Position numbers and translations under genes: made by a program
Notes under the pieces: generated by a model
Seen by the model: the letters and a program-made list of their open reading frames with translations, nothing else
What the model was told of the DNA's origin: nothing
The model's database searches: none
Part shown: in pieces, positions 9,006-19,787 of the stretch
How positions within the stretch are numbered: the first letter of the stretch is position 1
How the letters are laid out: every line of letters starts with the position of its first letter
Source: a virus
Lineage: Duplodnaviria > Caudoviricetes
Length of the DNA stretch: 54,412 nt
IMG/VR virus record: IMGVR_UViG_3300025543_000034
Coordinates: 1-54,412 of that record
Direction: 5' to 3' (one strand)

Positions 9006-10082
9006 TTAATTTTCTACAAACTCAGCAAATTCATCAACTTCTTCAACCACTTCTTGGCTTTTAGGTTGTTGTTTTGGTTTAGGATCACCTAGTGGAAACT
9101 CTGTTCCTACTTGTGTTTCTAAAAACCATTTTTTATAATCTTCTTGAAATCTTTTTTGTTGGTTATCTTTCAATGCTTTAGCTGGTTGTAAATAGTTATC
9201 TGTAACTTCAGCTAATATATTGTTGTTAAAAGCTATAACTTGATCAAAACTTTGAAACTCTTCAAGTAAACCAGATGTTATTTTATCCATTTCAGTATTA
9301 AACTGTAAACTATTACCTATTAAATCTTTATCTACAATGTAAAAGTCTTGAACCATGTTAGCATCTAGATCTTTTGTTTTTATTTCTAATTGACCATCAG
9401 CTTTCTTTTTTCTATAAACTTCAGTAACACCACCTGTTAATGTTTTATTTTCTTGATCACCACCAACTTGTTTTTGTTCAAATATTTCAGGGCTAGCTAA
9501 TTTAAAACCTTCATTTTGATCTAACGTGTTAGGTATGCTTACAAACATATCTTGAGTTTCCGACAACTCATTGAGTTTATTTAAATATATTCTTTCAACA
9601 AACGAACCGTCTTTTTCATATATTTCCCAAGCTAGTTTATTTATATCACCATCAACTGCTTTTATATCTACTTTACCTCCAAGATCTCCATTTAATATGC
9701 TTAAAGCTAAAAATCTACTTACAGGTGTACCCATTAAATCAAGACCACCCATTAAACCTGCGCTTTGTACCATTTCATTCCAAACCTCGGTATTACCAAG
9801 CATGTTTTCTAAACTAACTTTTATGTTCTCAACACTAGCCATTATTAAATCGCTAAACTTTCTGTCATATACAGGATTTTCACTAGTACCATTTGTAAGT
9901 GCTAGTTGCATATCTGCATATTGTTTTATAAAAGGATCAAACAAAGATGCATAATCAATAGGCTCTACCTTACTATCACTATAACCAAGTTCATAAGAAA
10001 GTCTAGATTGTTGTTCTGATATAGCAAACTTAATCTGCTCGTTGGTTTTTTTGTTTTCTATTAGTTTTTCTTTTAATGCCAT
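9006..10082 (-). CDS. Probable internal/ejected virion protein
   Basis: 358-aa acidic ORF between the pilot-like gene and the giant protein. Confidence 0.5.
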   Translation of the reverse strand: MALKEKLIENKKTNEQIKFAISEQQSRLSYELGYSDSKVEPIDYASLFDPFIKQYADMQLALTNGTSENPVYDRKFSDLIMASVENIKVSLENMLGNTEVWNEMVQSAGLMGGLDLMGTPVSRFLALSILNGDLGGKVDIKAVDGDINKLAWEIYEKDGSFVERIYLNKLNELSETQDMFVSIPNTLDQNEGFKLASPEIFEQKQVGGDQENKTLTGGVTEVYRKKKADGQLEIKTKDLDANMVQDFYIVDKDLIGNSLQFNTEMDKITSGLLEEFQSFDQVIAFNNNILAEVTDNYLQPAKALKDNQQKRFQEDYKKWFLETQVGTEFPLGDPKPKQQPKSQEVVEEVDEFAEFVEN

Positions 10083-10088
10083 AGTTTG

Positions 10089-10946
10089 TTATATTAAGGC
10101 TGTTAACGCTTTACTTGTTTCATCAGACATTGGATTAGCTGCATCATATGATTTAAAACCACCGGCAGCACCAACCGCACCAATTTGTGTTAAACCACCA
10201 ATTGCACCCATCATAGCTTTTGTACCTTGATTATATGCGGCAGTTTCTCTTTGTTGTGCACCTGTTATTTGTTGTCTTGTGTATCCAATTTTACTATCTT
10301 CTCTTCTTTCTTGAGCGTTAAACATAAATGTTTTACCCATAGCATCAGCTTGTTGTGTTCTTCTGCCTTCTTGAATATCTACGTTTTGTAATCTTCTTTG
10401 TTCTTGTATTTGAGCTTGTTGTAAATACTGTTCACCTTGCGCTCTTAGTTTTTCATTAGCAGCTTCTTGTTGTTCTATACTTGCAGCAACACCTTTTTTA
10501 CTTTGTAAAGCAGCTTGAGCTAAAGCGGTTGCTCCACCAGCGCTAGCACCTGTAGCTCTTAATGTATCTAATGTATTAGCCAAAGCAATGTCAGCTTCTT
10601 CTACTTGCATAGCTGCACCAGCTGTAGAAACACTTAAATTACCGTATGGATTACTTAAATTACCACTAAGATCTTTAGCTAATGAACTTAAATCTTTTGT
10701 GTTTGAATATGGGTTTACTATTTTTTGCCTGCTTTTTTCTAAACTGTTTAGTTCACCTTTTAACCTTCTTTTTTCAGCAGCAGCTCTTCTTCTGGCTCTT
10801 CTAGCTCTACCAGCGCCAAATAAACCACCAACCAATGATCCAACACCTTTTACTATACCTGCAGCAGCTAAAGGTCCTATCCCCATGGTCACACCATCAG
10901 GCCCAACAAATAAAAATTCGTATAATATATTTAAAACTTCTTCCAT
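10089..10946 (-). CDS. Probable ejection/pilot protein
   Basis: Gly/Ala-rich hydrophobic ends (GIVKGVGSLVGGLFGAG; GAIGGLTQIGAVGAAGG) flanking a Gln-rich coiled-coil, typical of podophage ejection proteins. Confidence 0.6.
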   Translation of the reverse strand: MEEVLNILYEFLFVGPDGVTMGIGPLAAAGIVKGVGSLVGGLFGAGRARRARRRAAAEKRRLKGELNSLEKSRQKIVNPYSNTKDLSSLAKDLSGNLSNPYGNLSVSTAGAAMQVEEADIALANTLDTLRATGASAGGATALAQAALQSKKGVAASIEQQEAANEKLRAQGEQYLQQAQIQEQRRLQNVDIQEGRRTQQADAMGKTFMFNAQERREDSKIGYTRQQITGAQQRETAAYNQGTKAMMGAIGGLTQIGAVGAAGGFKSYDAANPMSDETSKALTALI

Positions 10947-10952
10947 AATATT

Positions 10953-12284
10953 TTAATATGATGATTCAACAGTGTCAGAAGATACTGCAAACAATTCTCT
11001 TTTTTGGTTTATACTATTGTCTAAGTTAAACTTAAACGTGCTAAAAAATCCTTTTACACCTGTCATACTTGCTCCCCACAATATCTCTCCTTTCCCTGGT
11101 GATGAATTATTTATAATATTAGCAAAGTATTTATTTTCTTTTCTTTTAAATTTATTAGAAAACATTTCGCTTTCTAAATCAGTTAGGTTACTTGGTAAAC
11201 TGTATTTAGATATTGGTACTAAAGCTATGTCACCAGAACTAGCAACTATACTACTAACGGTCCAGTCATTATTACCTTCATAATTAACTGTTTTAAATAC
11301 TTTTACCGTAGATGGTGAAGAGTTTAAAACAACTGTTACATCAGATGGAAATATATTGTCAGGCGCATCGTAAAAACGACCATATGCACTATTGCCATAA
11401 TGACTATATAACTTACCAGCGTTTGTAGAAAAGAAAGTAGATGTTAAACTAAACATAAAGCTTGGTTTAAAACTAAAGAAACTAGTCCAACCTTGCACGC
11501 CTTCATCAAACGAAGTTGTTTTATAACTTGAAGCGGTTTGTATAGACAGCATATAATTTTTAGTATGATTATCCCAACCACCTACTATTCTAGTTATACC
11601 GTCTTGTGTAAGTTGATCTCTAAAGAAATCATGCATACCATAACCTGATATTTCTATAATTTCACCACCTGTTGTTAATCTTAATACACAACCTCTTTTT
11701 CTATCTGTAAAGTATTTTCTATAACCATAAACAGCAAAACTAAAAGGATCTGTAGCTATACCATACTTACCAGCAAATGGAACTATTTGTCCTATAACCA
11801 TTCTACCTGAAGCTGTTAAAGCTTGACCTTCAGCTGTATATATAGCATCTTTATCTATTAAAGCTCTATTAACTTTATCTTCTTGAAATATAATTAAGTT
11901 AGTATCTTCTGCAAATAACTTCTGTATAGAGCCATGTGCTGGATCTACGCTTCTAGTTATGTCTTCACCTACTGAAAATTCATTTGTTTGATTAATACCT
12001 GTTCTAGAGTTAAACACTCCTGAGTATATGATTGTGTTAAACCTATTTTGATTATTAGGATTATCTTCAACTATATGAGCTTTAACGCCTAGATCAGTTA
12101 TAGTGTTGTTATAACCACCTCTTATTCTAGCTTCTTCAATAAACCAATCAGTTGCATTGTCATTAGCATAAGCTTGAGGTACAGTTGCATAAGGCGCTGT
12201 TGGTTGTGGATTAGCATCTACAACGTTTGACATCTTCTTCAACCAGTATGAGTTAAAATATTTTAGTTCTAAAGTAGCGCCCAT
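10953..12284 (-). CDS. Tail nozzle/stabilisation protein, C-terminal-type part (P22 gp10 / crAss muzzle-like)
   Basis: Beta-propeller-like motifs HGSIQKL..DTNLIIFQEDK, YGIATDP, YFTDRKRG, GWTSFFSF, KRKENKYFA. Confidence 0.65.
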   Translation of the reverse strand: MGATLELKYFNSYWLKKMSNVVDANPQPTAPYATVPQAYANDNATDWFIEEARIRGGYNNTITDLGVKAHIVEDNPNNQNRFNTIIYSGVFNSRTGINQTNEFSVGEDITRSVDPAHGSIQKLFAEDTNLIIFQEDKVNRALIDKDAIYTAEGQALTASGRMVIGQIVPFAGKYGIATDPFSFAVYGYRKYFTDRKRGCVLRLTTGGEIIEISGYGMHDFFRDQLTQDGITRIVGGWDNHTKNYMLSIQTASSYKTTSFDEGVQGWTSFFSFKPSFMFSLTSTFFSTNAGKLYSHYGNSAYGRFYDAPDNIFPSDVTVVLNSSPSTVKVFKTVNYEGNNDWTVSSIVASSGDIALVPISKYSLPSNLTDLESEMFSNKFKRKENKYFANIINNSSPGKGEILWGASMTGVKGFFSTFKFNLDNSINQKRELFAVSSDTVESSY

Positions 12285-12291
12285 ATTCTTT

Positions 12292-12320
12292 TATTATCAC
12301 TTATTTTTATATATTATTAC
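12292..12320 (-). promoter_or_regulatory. Putative late promoter
   Basis: GTAA-N16-GTGATAATA. Confidence 0.55.
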
Positions 12321-15300
12321 TATGGCCAAACATAATCACCTGGCACTGGTCTAGCGCAAGAAGTATTACCTGATACACAACCTCTTGCATACGTATCACT
12401 ACACGTATTACTATCACCACTAATCTTTATGCCATCAGTTCCAAATTTAGCACTTACTCTTATCTGATCAAAAGGTTTTTTAGGTGAAGTAGTTGAAACC
12501 TTAAAGCTTAAAAAGTTAGGGAAATTAGAACCAACCGTAGCACTTGTCCAAGGGCTTGATAACGTGGAATTCGTATAAAATAAATCAACATACTGCGCAT
12601 AAGGCATTGGTGCATATCCAGATGTGTTTCCAGTAGCACAATTATAACTAGTTTGAAAACCAGAAACATCATACTTGTAATACTTAGGATTAGCTGTACT
12701 TACTTCATTTACTCCATTTTCAATAACACAAGTACTATAATATAAATCATTAGAGTTTACCCATAAACATAATGAATCTGAATAAGCACCAGCGGTTTGA
12801 TTGTAGGCATCTTTTGCAATAATTACATATTCACCGGGTTGATCAAAAGCAAAAGCTGTAGAAGCATACTTAGTTGTATTAAGCGAGCTGTTTAATAAAT
12901 TAGCATCAGCCTCTATATTAGAATTATTTACATCATTTATTCGTGAGCTATTTAAACTAGTCCAATCACCAGATCCGCTTGATCTATGAAAAACAAGCCA
13001 TTCAACATAAGAGTTAGTAAAGTTAGTTCCACCAGCTCCAGTATATGTTTGCTGCATGTTACATTGAAATACCACTGTACCTTGTGTAAGTGCGCTTCCT
13101 AGTTTGTAGACATAATTTGAATTACTGTTATCTGCTGGTATATTATTAATACCTGGTAAACTATTAAAATTTGTTCTAGTATAGGTGTTATTAGAAATAT
13201 ACCAAGCTGCAGAAATAGGAGCTGAACTTGTAACAGTATCAGGTATTATAGATTGTTGTGTAGCTGGTATTCCAGCACTTACAACACCTTGAGCTTTACA
13301 ATTTGAGATAATACCACTATTAACAGCTACAGCACCTACAGTTATAACCTGTGGTTTAGTTACGCTTAAAGAATTACTCTGCGCAACTCCATTTACAATT
13401 GCATCTTCTATTTTTAAACTTAAAGTATAAACACCTATAGGTGTAGATGTATTTTTGGTCACAATACCTGTTGTTGAGTCAACTGAAAAATATGAACCAG
13501 GAGACTGTGAAACTATACTATATTTTAATTGAGCAGCACTATTTGTTGCTGAGCCATTATATCCATTTCTAGTAACACCAGTTGCATCACCAGCGCTAAC
13601 CGTAACATTTGGTAAACTAGAACCAACCGCGAAAACTGGTGGTAAATTAGTAAGCGATTCAGTTACTACAGTAGAACTAGTGTCGCCACCTACAGTTGTC
13701 CATGTAAATGTAAAAGTATAAGTTTCTTTTGAATTACCATTATTTTCATAACCTGCGTTAGAATAAACGAATGTATTAACAGCTGTTTGTAGTTTATATC
13801 CTGTTCCAGATGTTATTAATTTAAAATCACCTGTAAAACCATCAGCTAAGTTTCCTGTAGCTCTAGTTTGCTGAGCACCATCAATCACCGTCATACTAAC
13901 AGCGCTTATATTTGTATTAGAAAAATTACTACCTTGATTGTTTTGTGGATAAAAAATAGCAGTTATATCTGTGTTAGCAGCCATACCTTCATTGTGTGAA
14001 TAACTTAAAGCAGATAAAGCAGATACACCATCAAACCCAGTATTTATGTCAGCATTTAAATCAGCTATTAAACCAGCTGTAGATGTTTCATAAAATAATT
14101 GTAATAAGCTTTCAACAGGTTCTGTTTCAACAATAGAAAGAAAAGGTGTAGTTAAATTTGCTGTTAAAACACCTATGTTAGTTGTTCCTGCGTTAGAACT
14201 AGCTAATCTACTTATTAAAGGGTTTGTATCTAACTGATAAAAATTATCTATACCTGAGTTTGATAATTCATTGAAACCCATGTTTAAATCTACAGCTGTA
14301 GCAATTGTATCAGCTGTCATATTTAATGGTAGTATTTGAGTACCACTTATGCTTACTGGAAAGTATTGAACATTGTCTGTTGCGGTATTGTTTACTCTAC
14401 CATATAATCTAACAGAACTTCTAAATTGTTTTTGTTGATCAGAGGTTTCATTTAAATCTCTAGGTATTTTGTTTATGTTATCATTAAGTAAAACAACATG
14501 AGCGGTTTTATTATTTTCATTCGTGGGATAAGGTGATGTTCCGCCGTGATCCGGATAACCATTTAAAAATCCTGGTAAATAGCAATTGTAATAATCTTGC
14601 TCTTGTTGTTTAACAACAACTTTATATGAATACCAACCTAAAGTATTAGGTAAAGTATAAGCAAATTTTGTATCAGGATCATTAGTTGTAGCAGAATATA
14701 AAAAATCATTTACTCTTCCTTCTGTTGTAACAACATATGGAGCTGTTCCAGTTACATTAGTTACTTTTACAAAATCTACATATTGACCTCTTAAGTATGA
14801 ATTGACAGTTGGTATACCAGTTGTTGGTGCACCACCAGCTAAAGTAAAACTATATGTAGTATCTGTTATTGTTGGAGTTCCCGTTATATTAAAACCATTA
14901 CTCATTTGTTCAGCATACAAACCTGGTGTTCCAGTAGTTGAATCAGCCGTACTTGATATAGCTGTGTTTATAACAACTTTTAAAGCATCACCAAACCACT
15001 GTTTTAAGTTTTGAGTTGTTGAAGAATAAGGGTGATAAAAAGTTGAACCACCAAAAAAGTCAGAACCAACAGTGGTTCCTTGATCAACAGAAGATAATAT
15101 AACTGAAGATTGTCTACCAAACTTATCTGATAAAATAAAACCTACTTGATAGTTTCTATTTTGTTTTAACGTGTGGTTAGGATATTCAGCCCAGTTAGTA
15201 AAAACTGTAGAGTTTTTTACACTAGCACCAACGTTATAATCTAATGTTGCAGGTGGAGTATGTTGGCTTTGAAAATTACCATACATAACTCTATTACCAG

Positions 15301-16537
15301 CTATTTCTTGAGATAAAGCTCTTACGGGAACTCTATCATAAACTCTTACAGTTTGTCTTTCTGGTAGTGTTTTATATGGTTTTCTGGATTGATAATCATA
15401 CGTGTAAATATTAGAGCTTGAAGATAAGTTTTCAGTTTTAACAGTATCTAAAACTTTTACAGCTCGACCATCTGACTCTTTATATAGTATATCTATTTCA
15501 GTTATTTTATATGTATCACTTGCTTGAGCTCCAAGTTTATTTTGCGCATCGGGTAAAGGTATTAATAACTCTACATTTTGTACACCATTTTGCATAAATC
15601 TTAATATGGTACTTCTATAAGCAGCATCCTCATCTTCAGCTAAAAAATAACCTTTTTGTTGTGGAATAAAAGCTGGTTGAGTAAACGGTGCCATTAAAGA
15701 ATATTCCTTATCATCAAACTTAAATCTATAACTAAATCTTACAAATAAATCTTCTAAAAAATCTGGATCACCAGGCCAATCTGCACCACCATTAAAATCG
15801 TAAGTAATATCTTTACCTGTCATGGTTGTAGTCAAAAATGTTAAAACATCTAAGTTTGCTACTGTTGCTGCGGCGTTTATAGTTATAGTTACACCAGATA
15901 CATTTGTTACATATATGTATTGATCAGCTGTTATACTAGGACCAATAACGTTCATGCCTTTAGTTATAGCTGTGTTAGCTGCTGATAACGTTATAGTTGT
16001 AGAAGAACTAGCTGCTCCAGCTATACTAGTTGTAGACTTTAATAATTCTAATGGTTTGTATGGATTATATTTAGCAACTGATATTTGATTTTCTTTTGTA
16101 TAATAACCTAATTGTTTATTAACATTTATTTTTCTAGGTTGATTTCTATTATCTGTAAAAAACAATAAATCTTCTACAAGATTAATACCACTTATTAAAT
16201 TTTCATTACTAAAGTTTAAAAAAGCACCTTCAACTATTTTTGTGTATGAGTTGTTAAAATATTTATATATTCTATGGTCATTAACACTGTCTGTTAAAAA
16301 TAAATAAATAGTTTCAGAGTTGTTATCTTTTAAATAACCTATAACTTCTAAAGCTCCAACATTAGTTCCAGGAACTAAAGTATTACCTTTTACGTTTTCT
16401 AATGCACCTATATCATCATCTTCAGATTTACCTACAGATATATTATTTGCATCTCTATACTCACCGTTAGGAATTAGTCTATCGTCTAAGTCCTTATTCA
16501 TTTTGGACTTTAGAAAACTATTTTTAATTTCTGCCAT
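12320..16537 (-). CDS. Tail nozzle/stabilisation protein, N-terminal-type part with beta-rich appended domains
   Basis: KMNKDLDDRLIPNGEYRDANNI start, FTDNRNQPRKIN, RFSYRFKF, QEIAGNRVMYGNF, DKFGRQS. Confidence 0.65.
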   Translation of the reverse strand: MAEIKNSFLKSKMNKDLDDRLIPNGEYRDANNISVGKSEDDDIGALENVKGNTLVPGTNVGALEVIGYLKDNNSETIYLFLTDSVNDHRIYKYFNNSYTKIVEGAFLNFSNENLISGINLVEDLLFFTDNRNQPRKINVNKQLGYYTKENQISVAKYNPYKPLELLKSTTSIAGAASSSTTITLSAANTAITKGMNVIGPSITADQYIYVTNVSGVTITINAAATVANLDVLTFLTTTMTGKDITYDFNGGADWPGDPDFLEDLFVRFSYRFKFDDKEYSLMAPFTQPAFIPQQKGYFLAEDEDAAYRSTILRFMQNGVQNVELLIPLPDAQNKLGAQASDTYKITEIDILYKESDGRAVKVLDTVKTENLSSSSNIYTYDYQSRKPYKTLPERQTVRVYDRVPVRALSQEIAGNRVMYGNFQSQHTPPATLDYNVGASVKNSTVFTNWAEYPNHTLKQNRNYQVGFILSDKFGRQSSVILSSVDQGTTVGSDFFGGSTFYHPYSSTTQNLKQWFGDALKVVINTAISSTADSTTGTPGLYAEQMSNGFNITGTPTITDTTYSFTLAGGAPTTGIPTVNSYLRGQYVDFVKVTNVTGTAPYVVTTEGRVNDFLYSATTNDPDTKFAYTLPNTLGWYSYKVVVKQQEQDYYNCYLPGFLNGYPDHGGTSPYPTNENNKTAHVVLLNDNINKIPRDLNETSDQQKQFRSSVRLYGRVNNTATDNVQYFPVSISGTQILPLNMTADTIATAVDLNMGFNELSNSGIDNFYQLDTNPLISRLASSNAGTTNIGVLTANLTTPFLSIVETEPVESLLQLFYETSTAGLIADLNADINTGFDGVSALSALSYSHNEGMAANTDITAIFYPQNNQGSNFSNTNISAVSMTVIDGAQQTRATGNLADGFTGDFKLITSGTGYKLQTAVNTFVYSNAGYENNGNSKETYTFTFTWTTVGGDTSSTVVTESLTNLPPVFAVGSSLPNVTVSAGDATGVTRNGYNGSATNSAAQLKYSIVSQSPGSYFSVDSTTGIVTKNTSTPIGVYTLSLKIEDAIVNGVAQSNSLSVTKPQVITVGAVAVNSGIISNCKAQGVVSAGIPATQQSIIPDTVTSSAPISAAWYISNNTYTRTNFNSLPGINNIPADNSNSNYVYKLGSALTQGTVVFQCNMQQTYTGAGGTNFTNSYVEWLVFHRSSGSGDWTSLNSSRINDVNNSNIEADANLLNSSLNTTKYASTAFAFDQPGEYVIIAKDAYNQTAGAYSDSLCLWVNSNDLYYSTCVIENGVNEVSTANPKYYKYDVSGFQTSYNCATGNTSGYAPMPYAQYVDLFYTNSTLSSPWTSATVGSNFPNFLSFKVSTTSPKKPFDQIRVSAKFGTDGIKISGDSNTCSDTYARGCVSGNTSCARPVPGDYVWP

Positions 16538-16539
16538 GT

Positions 16540-17949
16540 TTAATATTTAATCCATTTAGATTGGTTTCTAAACACTTGAACTATTTGATCTAGTTTTATA
16601 TTTGATAATCTTATCTTAGCATTTCTCAATTTAGCACTTCTTTCTCTTTTAAATCTTTGTACAATATATTCTTGAACCCCTACACTAGTTGAAAGTATAG
16701 AATATAATATGTGAGAATATAAAGCTTCTTCAGCTAGTTTAGGTATTTTAACATCTAAGTCATAAGCATTACCATCAGATATGTATTCTAACACTATTAA
16801 CTTGTCTTTTAAGTCACTAGAAAAACCAAACTGACCTCTTCTGTCATCTATAACAAACCAACCGTTTCTTTGGCTTGTAACAGGGTTTAAACCATATCTT
16901 TGGCCTAACGCATTGTTGTAATAGTTTTGCCAATATAAATCAGCTACATTATAATCATTTAGAAACGCACCGCTTAATTTTCTAGGATTATTATCATTCC
17001 AAGCTTTTTCTGTTTGTGATGTGCCTTCTAAATTAGAATCAAAATTATCTTGTGTTGGTGAACCTGAATCATCTTGTACAGGATTCATATAAGGTCTAAG
17101 TGTTAATTCATTAGCTGGATATATAGTGTGTTGAACACCCATTTGATCTATCCATGAAAACCTAACATAATTAACATAATCTTGAGGTATAGTTAAAGTT
17201 AAACTTAAAGGTACTGTTAACTCTTGTGAACGCACACTTTTTAATGTGTCATAACTAAATTCTTGCAAACCACGTTTAGCGTGAAATATAACATCAGTTC
17301 TTTTTACACTAGGTATAAGTTTACCAGCTCCTACGTATGCAATTAAAAAATTATCAATTACATCATCAAGACTAGTGTACTCATAATTACCGTAGTTATT
17401 TTCTATAGAAGATTCTACTAATTGTATTTTTAAATATGTACCTAATGGTAAATAAGATTTTACAGTAACTATATTATTAATTTCTGTGTATGGTTCTGCA
17501 AATTTAAACACTAGTGCTGCGTTTGCAGGTATTTGAATAGCTACAGCGCATGTAAATGTTGTTGTAGATAAAACTTGAGTTACAGTTCCATATGTTTGTG
17601 TTCCTGCTGAGTTTTGTATTAACATACCAGCTACAATGTTTACATTAGCAACTGTAATTGTTAAGGTTTGATTACCTACGACAACGTTAGCATTTACATT
17701 AATAGCTGTTGTTTGAGAACTGTCAGATGTTAATTCAGTCCAAGTTAAAGCATCTGGACTAGTAAATATGTGAAAGTTGTTTAATCCGTATTGTGCGCTA
17801 GCTTTATCTGAACTACCATATATTAAATCAGTATTAAAAGTACTAGTAAATGTTTTACCTGCACCTGCTGCGTCTATATAAAACTGCTGAGCTCCAGCGT
17901 AGTATTGTCTATTAGTTTCGGTGATTAATCCACCATCTGGTCTAGGCAT
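16540..17949 (-). CDS. Tail ring/tubular structural protein
   Basis: Position in the head-tail cluster; IPQDYVNYVRFSW and LEYISDG motifs; internal beta insertion. Confidence 0.55.
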   Translation of the reverse strand: MPRPDGGLITETNRQYYAGAQQFYIDAAGAGKTFTSTFNTDLIYGSSDKASAQYGLNNFHIFTSPDALTWTELTSDSSQTTAINVNANVVVGNQTLTITVANVNIVAGMLIQNSAGTQTYGTVTQVLSTTTFTCAVAIQIPANAALVFKFAEPYTEINNIVTVKSYLPLGTYLKIQLVESSIENNYGNYEYTSLDDVIDNFLIAYVGAGKLIPSVKRTDVIFHAKRGLQEFSYDTLKSVRSQELTVPLSLTLTIPQDYVNYVRFSWIDQMGVQHTIYPANELTLRPYMNPVQDDSGSPTQDNFDSNLEGTSQTEKAWNDNNPRKLSGAFLNDYNVADLYWQNYYNNALGQRYGLNPVTSQRNGWFVIDDRRGQFGFSSDLKDKLIVLEYISDGNAYDLDVKIPKLAEEALYSHILYSILSTSVGVQEYIVQRFKRERSAKLRNAKIRLSNIKLDQIVQVFRNQSKWIKY

Positions 17950-17955
17950 ATTTTA

Positions 17956-18882
17956 TTAACTTTTTTGATTCATTTCTTGTTGTTGCACTTGTGAAGCTGC
18001 AACTTGTACTATTTCAGGATCTCTAATTACAACCCCAGCATATAATAATATTTTTAATATTAATTCAGTTTGTTCTGAACTATGTAATTCAAAGTTATTA
18101 GATGACGTAGGGCTAAATACATATTGATTTGTTCCTGTAAAATTCCATATAGGAGTAATTGGTTTTCTTAAGTAATTAACTGATATTCCGCTTTGTATAC
18201 TTGTAGGATAAACGTTTATATAATTGTTTTTATAAGTATATATTGGGTATTTAGTAGAAGGTTTGGTAAGATTAGATCCCAGTAAATGATATAATTCACT
18301 TGAACCAACTCTTTGCAACTCTTGTATAGGTAAAGCTCCTGCAGAATAAATGACTGTTCCTAATCTATAAAACTGTTTAGGATATATATTTATAACAATT
18401 ATTTGTCCAGCGGTTGGTTGAGAATTTAAAGTTAATGTTGCTCCGCTTAATGAAAAATCATTATTAGAAAGTTGAACATTATTTAAAAACACAACTGGTA
18501 CACCACCAGAGTTTGATAAAGCTAAAGTATCTCCAGTTAATGTATATGTTAAACCAGGGTTAGTTGCTGTAAATTGTTGACTCGAGGAAGAAAGTCCTGA
18601 GTATTGTGAAGGAATTTGAAAGCCACTTGTTGTATAAGTAGCTGTATCTATTTCTTTAAATATAGATATTTTTTCATCTATATTAATTTGTCTATCAGAA
18701 TAATCTAAATCGACTTGCGGCACACGCAATTGCTGATTCATATCTTCAGCGTATTTTTCAAATATTTCTAATTGAACTTGACCACCTATTTTATTAAACT
18801 CAACAGGCGTCATATAACCTCTCTGCTCTTTATTTAGTATTAATAAAACGGTTTGATATACAGTGTTTACGTTTATTGCCAT
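17956..18882 (-). CDS. Head-tail adaptor / tail ring protein
   Basis: NKEQRGYMTPVEFN N-terminus, YLRKP..P.W, helical C-terminus; position after the capsid genes. Confidence 0.6.
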   Translation of the reverse strand: MAINVNTVYQTVLLILNKEQRGYMTPVEFNKIGGQVQLEIFEKYAEDMNQQLRVPQVDLDYSDRQINIDEKISIFKEIDTATYTTSGFQIPSQYSGLSSSSQQFTATNPGLTYTLTGDTLALSNSGGVPVVFLNNVQLSNNDFSLSGATLTLNSQPTAGQIIVINIYPKQFYRLGTVIYSAGALPIQELQRVGSSELYHLLGSNLTKPSTKYPIYTYKNNYINVYPTSIQSGISVNYLRKPITPIWNFTGTNQYVFSPTSSNNFELHSSEQTELILKILLYAGVVIRDPEIVQVAASQVQQQEMNQKS

Positions 18883-18900
18883 TTTAATATTTTAGTTAAT

Positions 18901-18932
18901 AGTGATTTGGGCCACCTAAGTGACCCTTCACT
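18901..18932 (-). other. Intergenic stem-loop in the leader of the adaptor gene
   Basis: AGTGA..GGG.CAC-CTAA-GTG.CCC..TCACT imperfect inverted repeat; no U-tract. Confidence 0.55.
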
Positions 18933-18937
18933 ATAAT

Positions 18938-18966
18938 TATAGTTACATATTATTGTAACTTTTTAT
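18938..18966 (-). promoter_or_regulatory. Putative late promoter
   Basis: ATAA-N16-GTAACTATA. Confidence 0.45.
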
Positions 18967-19714
18967 TTATTGTTTTAAAAACTTCAACACCTTCATCAGT
19001 TTTAAACCAAGCAGCTAAAGCTGAATATGGTTGTTCATCAAAAGGTATTGTCATTAGTTTTCTATCATTAGTTCCCCAGTGGAACGTTCTTTGATCTTGA
19101 GATATTTTAATTATCCCTTGTTCTACAGCTTTAATACCTACGTTTCTTAATCCAACATTTTCGTCATTAGCTATTGCTATAAATCCTGCTGGATTTTTCT
19201 TAGCCATTAAAAGTAAATCTCTTTTAATCTCTTTAGAACTCATTTCACTAACCGCAGATCCTTTCTCTACTCTTAACACAGATTCTGCTTGATCAATATC
19301 CATTTGTTTAGCAGCTAATAAAGCTTCTATTTCAAAGTTTATTTCATCTATTTCATCAGTTGCTACAACCTCTGGTTTAAACTCTGCATAAACATGATCT
19401 TTTCTTGGGTGATATAATGAAAGTAATTTTTGTAAATTTTGTTTTTGCTTTGGAACAAACAACATTCCTTCTTCAAATATAACGTGACCTAATGTAACCT
19501 CTCCTTTTTGTTCATCTACAAATGGTGAGTTTTGATTGGTTGCGTATCTTAATTCTCTTTGTTCACCTGTTGATTCATCAAAATGTAACAACGGGTATCT
19601 TCTTGAGTGTCTTGTTCCTAAAGTATATGTTAAAGGTGATATATTATTTGTTAAAAAATATGTTCTATCCTTGATCTCCCATTCAGGGGCTAATTTTTGT
19701 TTTGTCTTTGACAT
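18950..19714 (-). CDS. Hypothetical protein downstream of the major capsid gene (virion-associated?)
   Basis: 254-aa ORF; called from position only. Confidence 0.5.
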   Translation of the reverse strand: MSKTKQKLAPEWEIKDRTYFLTNNISPLTYTLGTRHSRRYPLLHFDESTGEQRELRYATNQNSPFVDEQKGEVTLGHVIFEEGMLFVPKQKQNLQKLLSLYHPRKDHVYAEFKPEVVATDEIDEINFEIEALLAAKQMDIDQAESVLRVEKGSAVSEMSSKEIKRDLLLMAKKNPAGFIAIANDENVGLRNVGIKAVEQGIIKISQDQRTFHWGTNDRKLMTIPFDEQPYSALAAWFKTDEGVEVFKTINKKLQ

Positions 19715-19735
19715 GATATAATATAATATAATTAA

Positions 19736-19777
19736 TAAAAAAAATAAAGGGCTAGGCGCCGAAGCGCCTAACTCTTT
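19736..19777 (-). terminator. Rho-independent terminator after the major capsid gene
   Basis: Minus strand TAGGCGC-TTCG-GCGCCTA (cUUCGg loop) in an extended stem, then TTTATTTTTTTT. Confidence 0.9.
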
Positions 19778-19787
19778 AAAAGTAATT

